Assembly: GCA_963839985.1 (NCBI GenBank)
Contig: CAWIXG010000002.1
Location: forward strand, 58,758-122,757
DNA length: 64,000 nucleotides
Direction of reading: 5' to 3'
DNA from: an uncultured Alphaproteobacteria bacterium
Lineage (GTDB): Bacteria; Pseudomonadota; Alphaproteobacteria; Rhizobiales; Xanthobacteraceae
Part shown: positions 61,201-64,000 of the stretch, piece after piece
How positions within the stretch are numbered: position 1 is the stretch's first letter
Layout: each line of letters starts with the position of its first letter
The notes under the pieces: generated by a model
The model's input: the letters and a program-made list of their open reading frames with translations, nothing else
Databases searched by the model: none
Told to the model about the DNA's origin: nothing
Made by a program: the position numbers and the translations under genes

Positions 61201-62013
61201 ATGAACATGAGCCGAGCCTGCAAGATCATCACTGCCGCGGTCCTGGCCGCACTCGTCACCGTCCCCGGGGCGGCGCGCGCCGCGCAATGCGGCAACAGCG
61301 GCGCCGGATTCGAGGGGTGGAAGCAGGAGTTCGCGCCCGAGGCGCGGGCCAAGGGCATCGGGGCGGCCGGCGTCGCGGCCCTGATGGGAACGAGCTACGC
61401 GACCACGACGATCGCGGCCGACCGCGGCATGAAGAGCTTCAAGCTGTCGCTCGACCAGTTCCTCGTCAAGCGTGGCGCCGCCGCGATCGTGTCGCGCGGG
61501 CGCACGCTGAAGCAAACGCATGCGGCGCTGTTCGCATCGATCGAGCAGCGCTACGGCGTGCCGCCGGGTCCCCTCCTCGCGATCTGGGGCATGGAGACGG
61601 CGTTCGGGAGCCAGCGCGGCAATCAGAACATGCTCTCCGCGGTGGCGACGCTGGCCTACGACTGCCGCCGGTCCGAGTATTTCACCGACCAGCTCTATGC
61701 GGCGCTGACCCTGATCGAACGCGGCACGCTCTCGGCCGCCACGCGCGGCTCGATGCACGGGGAATACGGCCAGACCCAGTTCATGCCGAAGAGCATCCTG
61801 CAGTACGGCACCGGCAATCTCGACAGCGCGGCGGGCGCACTGACCTCGACGGCGAATTTCCTCAAAGGCCACGGCTGGCGCGCCGGTGCCGGCTATGATG
61901 TCGGGCAGCCGAACTTCGCCGCGATCCAGGGCTGGAACGCCGCAACGGTCTACCAGCAGGCGATCGCCCTGATGGGCCGCCAGATCGACGGCGGCGGCAC
62001 CGCGCAGCGCTGA
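61201..62013 (+). CDS. lytic murein transglycosylase (MltB/SLT_2 family)
   Basis: A signal peptide is followed by YGVPPGPLLAIWGMETAFG (catalytic Glu context) and MHGEYGQTQFMP. Confidence 0.85.
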   Translation: MNMSRACKIITAAVLAALVTVPGAARAAQCGNSGAGFEGWKQEFAPEARAKGIGAAGVAALMGTSYATTTIAADRGMKSFKLSLDQFLVKRGAAAIVSRGRTLKQTHAALFASIEQRYGVPPGPLLAIWGMETAFGSQRGNQNMLSAVATLAYDCRRSEYFTDQLYAALTLIERGTLSAATRGSMHGEYGQTQFMPKSILQYGTGNLDSAAGALTSTANFLKGHGWRAGAGYDVGQPNFAAIQGWNAATVYQQAIALMGRQIDGGGTAQR

Positions 62014-62178
62014 TGCGCCGTCGACCGCGCGGCGCGCAACGCGCCGGCTACAGCGGCCCCTGATGACATGCGCGTCGTCCGCACGGGTTTGCCCCGCGCG
62101 GCGCGGCTGTTAATGTCGCGATCCAGAGCCGGAATGGCCACGACCTGAAAGGTCGAAGACGCGAGAGGGAGGGAACGG

Positions 62179-63141
62179 ATGGCAAGATTCTTCGTGCAGA
62201 TTGCCGGCGCTGCCGCGTTGACCGGTGTGCTGGCGGCTTTACCTGCGCCCGCAGCGGCGCAATATCCCGAGCGCCCGGTCAAGATGATCGTGCCGTGGGC
62301 CGCGGGTGGCGATACCGACAACATCTTCCGGCCGTTCGCCGCCGAATTGCAGAAGCAGATCGGCCAGCCGGTCGTGATCGCCAATGTCGGCGGCGCATCC
62401 GGCACCGTCGGTGCGCGCGAGGCCAAGAACGCCGCGCCCGACGGCTATACGGTCTACGCGGTTCACGACTACATCCATCTGACGTTCTACGCTGGTCTCA
62501 GCGACGTCAAATACAGCGACTTCGAGCCGGTCTGCCTCGTCGCGGCGACACCCTCGGTGCTCACCGCAAGCGCCAAGACGCCGTGGAAGAACTGGCAGGA
62601 CCTCGTCGCCGACGCCAAGAAGCGGCCGGGCGAGATCACGGTCGGCGCCACGCTCGGCTCGACCAGCCATATCTTCCCGGCCATGGTCGAGAAGGCGGCC
62701 GGCCTGAAGCTCAAATACGTGTCGTACGACGGCCTCGCGCCGCGCATGAACGCACTGCTCGGCGGCCATATCAACCTCACCGATTCCAACCTGACGCAGA
62801 AGGGCAAGGTCGACGCCGGCCTGTTGCGCTTCATCGCGATCGCCAGCGAGAAGCGCGATCCCGAAACGCCCGACGTGCCGACGCTCAAGGAGCTCGGCAT
62901 GAACATCGTCTACGAGGTGGTGCGCGGCATCCTGGTCCCGAAAGGGACGCCCGCGCCGGTACGCGCCAAGCTCGAAGAGGCCTGCAAGAAGGCCACCGGC
63001 GAGGCGAGCTTCGCCCAATCGATGAAGGTGCAAGGAACCCGCGTGGCGTTCCTCGGTGCCAGCGACTACGCGGCGTTCCTCGCCAAGATCGACAACGAGA
63101 ACAAGGCCGTGATGACCGATCTCGGCCTGATCAAGAAATGA
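62179..63141 (+). CDS. tctC: tripartite tricarboxylate transporter substrate-binding protein
   Basis: A signal peptide is followed by the Bug/TctC family core (YPERPVKMIVPWAAGGDTD). tctB and tctA follow it. Confidence 0.88.
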   Translation: MARFFVQIAGAAALTGVLAALPAPAAAQYPERPVKMIVPWAAGGDTDNIFRPFAAELQKQIGQPVVIANVGGASGTVGAREAKNAAPDGYTVYAVHDYIHLTFYAGLSDVKYSDFEPVCLVAATPSVLTASAKTPWKNWQDLVADAKKRPGEITVGATLGSTSHIFPAMVEKAAGLKLKYVSYDGLAPRMNALLGGHINLTDSNLTQKGKVDAGLLRFIAIASEKRDPETPDVPTLKELGMNIVYEVVRGILVPKGTPAPVRAKLEEACKKATGEASFAQSMKVQGTRVAFLGASDYAAFLAKIDNENKAVMTDLGLIKK

Positions 63142-63614
63142 GCATCGGCCGCGACGGAGTCGCCGGGCTGATCCTGCTCGCGATCAGCCTGGTTCTCCTG
63201 GTCCAGTCGTTCCAGCTTCCGTCCCTGCCGATCGTTCCGATCGGGCCGGGCTTCTATCCGGCCATCGTGCTGTCCTTCATGGCGGCCGCGAGCGCGCTGC
63301 TCGTCGCGCAGGACCTCATGAAGCGTGCGCCGGTCGTGGTCGACGCCGGCGACACGCCTCGGCGCGACTATCGCCTGGTGGTGATCGCCTTCACGATCGT
63401 CGGTGCCTACGTGGTGCTGCTGCCGCTGCTCGGCTACCGCCTCGCCACGGTGTTGTTCGTCGGCGTCCTGCAGGCGGTATTGGGCCGGCCGCAGACGGCG
63501 CGCGACTGGGCGCTGCTCGCCGCGATCGCGCTCGGCACCGCCGCGGTGAGCTATTTCGTATTCGAGCGCTATCTGCTGGTGCTGCTGCCGCGCGGCGCCT
63601 GGACGGGCTTCTAG
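63138..63614 (+). CDS. tctB: tripartite tricarboxylate transporter small membrane protein
   Basis: ATG 63138 overlaps the tctC stop (ATGA). 158 aa with four TM helices, lying in ORF 62295..63614. Confidence 0.82.
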   Translation: MSIGRDGVAGLILLAISLVLLVQSFQLPSLPIVPIGPGFYPAIVLSFMAAASALLVAQDLMKRAPVVVDAGDTPRRDYRLVVIAFTIVGAYVVLLPLLGYRLATVLFVGVLQAVLGRPQTARDWALLAAIALGTAAVSYFVFERYLLVLLPRGAWTGF

Positions 63615-63615
63615 G

Positions 63616-64000
63616 ATGCTCGACCTGCTCTGGAACGGCCTCGTCAATGTCGCGCAGTGGAAATATCTGCTGCCGCTGTTTGCCGGCACCTTCATCGGCG
63701 TGATCGGCGGCTCGCTGCCCGGCGTGACCATCACCATGACGGTGATCGTGGTGCTGCCGTTCACCTACGGGCTCGATCCGCTCGCGGGCCTTGCGGCGAT
63801 GACCGGCGTCTATGTCGGCGGATCGACCGGCGGCCTGATCGCCTGCTGCCTGCTCGGCATTCCGGGCTCGCCCGCCTCGATCGCCACCACGTTCGACGGC
63901 TTTCCGATGTCGCGCAACGGCGAGCCGGGCCGCGCCATCTGGCTGGGCGTGTGGGCGTCGGTCTGGGGCGGCCTGCTCGGCGCGCTGTTCCTCGTCTTCC
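63616..64000 (+). CDS. tctA: tripartite tricarboxylate transporter large permease (3' end cut by window edge)
   Basis: My own translation from ATG 63616: MLDLLWNGLVNVAQWKYLLPLFAGTFIGVIGGSLPGVTITMTVIVVLPFTYGLDP... This is the typical TctA N-terminus, and the frame stays open to the window end. Confidence 0.85.
   Translation, partial: MLDLLWNGLVNVAQWKYLLPLFAGTFIGVIGGSLPGVTITMTVIVVLPFTYGLDPLAGLAAMTGVYVGGSTGGLIACCLLGIPGSPASIATTFDGFPMSRNGEPGRAIWLGVWASVWGGLLGALFLVF

Overview
GC-rich alphaproteobacterial chromosome segment. Protein similarities and the intergenic repeat families suggest Nitrobacteraceae/Bradyrhizobiaceae (Rhodopseudomonas/Bradyrhizobium/Afipia-like); the taxon is an inference. There are about 65 genes, mostly core. 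They include argB (cut by the window edge), a B12-binding radical SAM enzyme, dapD-dapE, truA-fmt-def, rmuC, ampG, and recR-ybaB-dnaX with the SRP (4.5S) RNA just upstream of dnaX. Further genes are a HIT protein, nudC, a PfkB kinase, and a secreted rhodanese-YeeE sulfur module with a divergent Lrp regulator. A complete Flp/Tad pilus locus is present (two flp genes, cpaA-F, tadB, tadC, two tadE-like genes, a TPR lipoprotein). The rest comprises an M17 aminopeptidase, a MarR-NlpC/P60 pair, a yejA-yejA-yejB-yejE-yejF ABC importer, cycM, kdsB, pheA, a dctPQM TRAP transporter, a lytic transglycosylase and tctCBA (tctA cut by the window edge). The standout is a ~4.6 kb minus-strand locus (53468-58051). 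Once two 1-nt frame changes are bridged it reads as one ~1,500-aa Avs/NLR-like STAND protein: a Cap4 (DUF4297)-like nuclease N-terminus, a P-loop NTPase, and a C-terminal solenoid of ~20 tryptophan-rich helical repeats. Thirteen of those repeats keep an exact 34-aa (102-bp) period, and I cannot assign them to a named repeat family. Other items worth a second look are a secreted peptide ending in a pure His/Arg/Trp tail, an unannotated 52-aa Cys-motif ORF behind yeeE, two intergenic palindromic element families, and apparent frameshifts in cpaB and in a DUF2235 hydrolase gene. No CRISPR array, tRNA, rRNA, transposase or integrase was seen. Everything here was read by eye from the sequence and ORF track; no searches or statistics were run.
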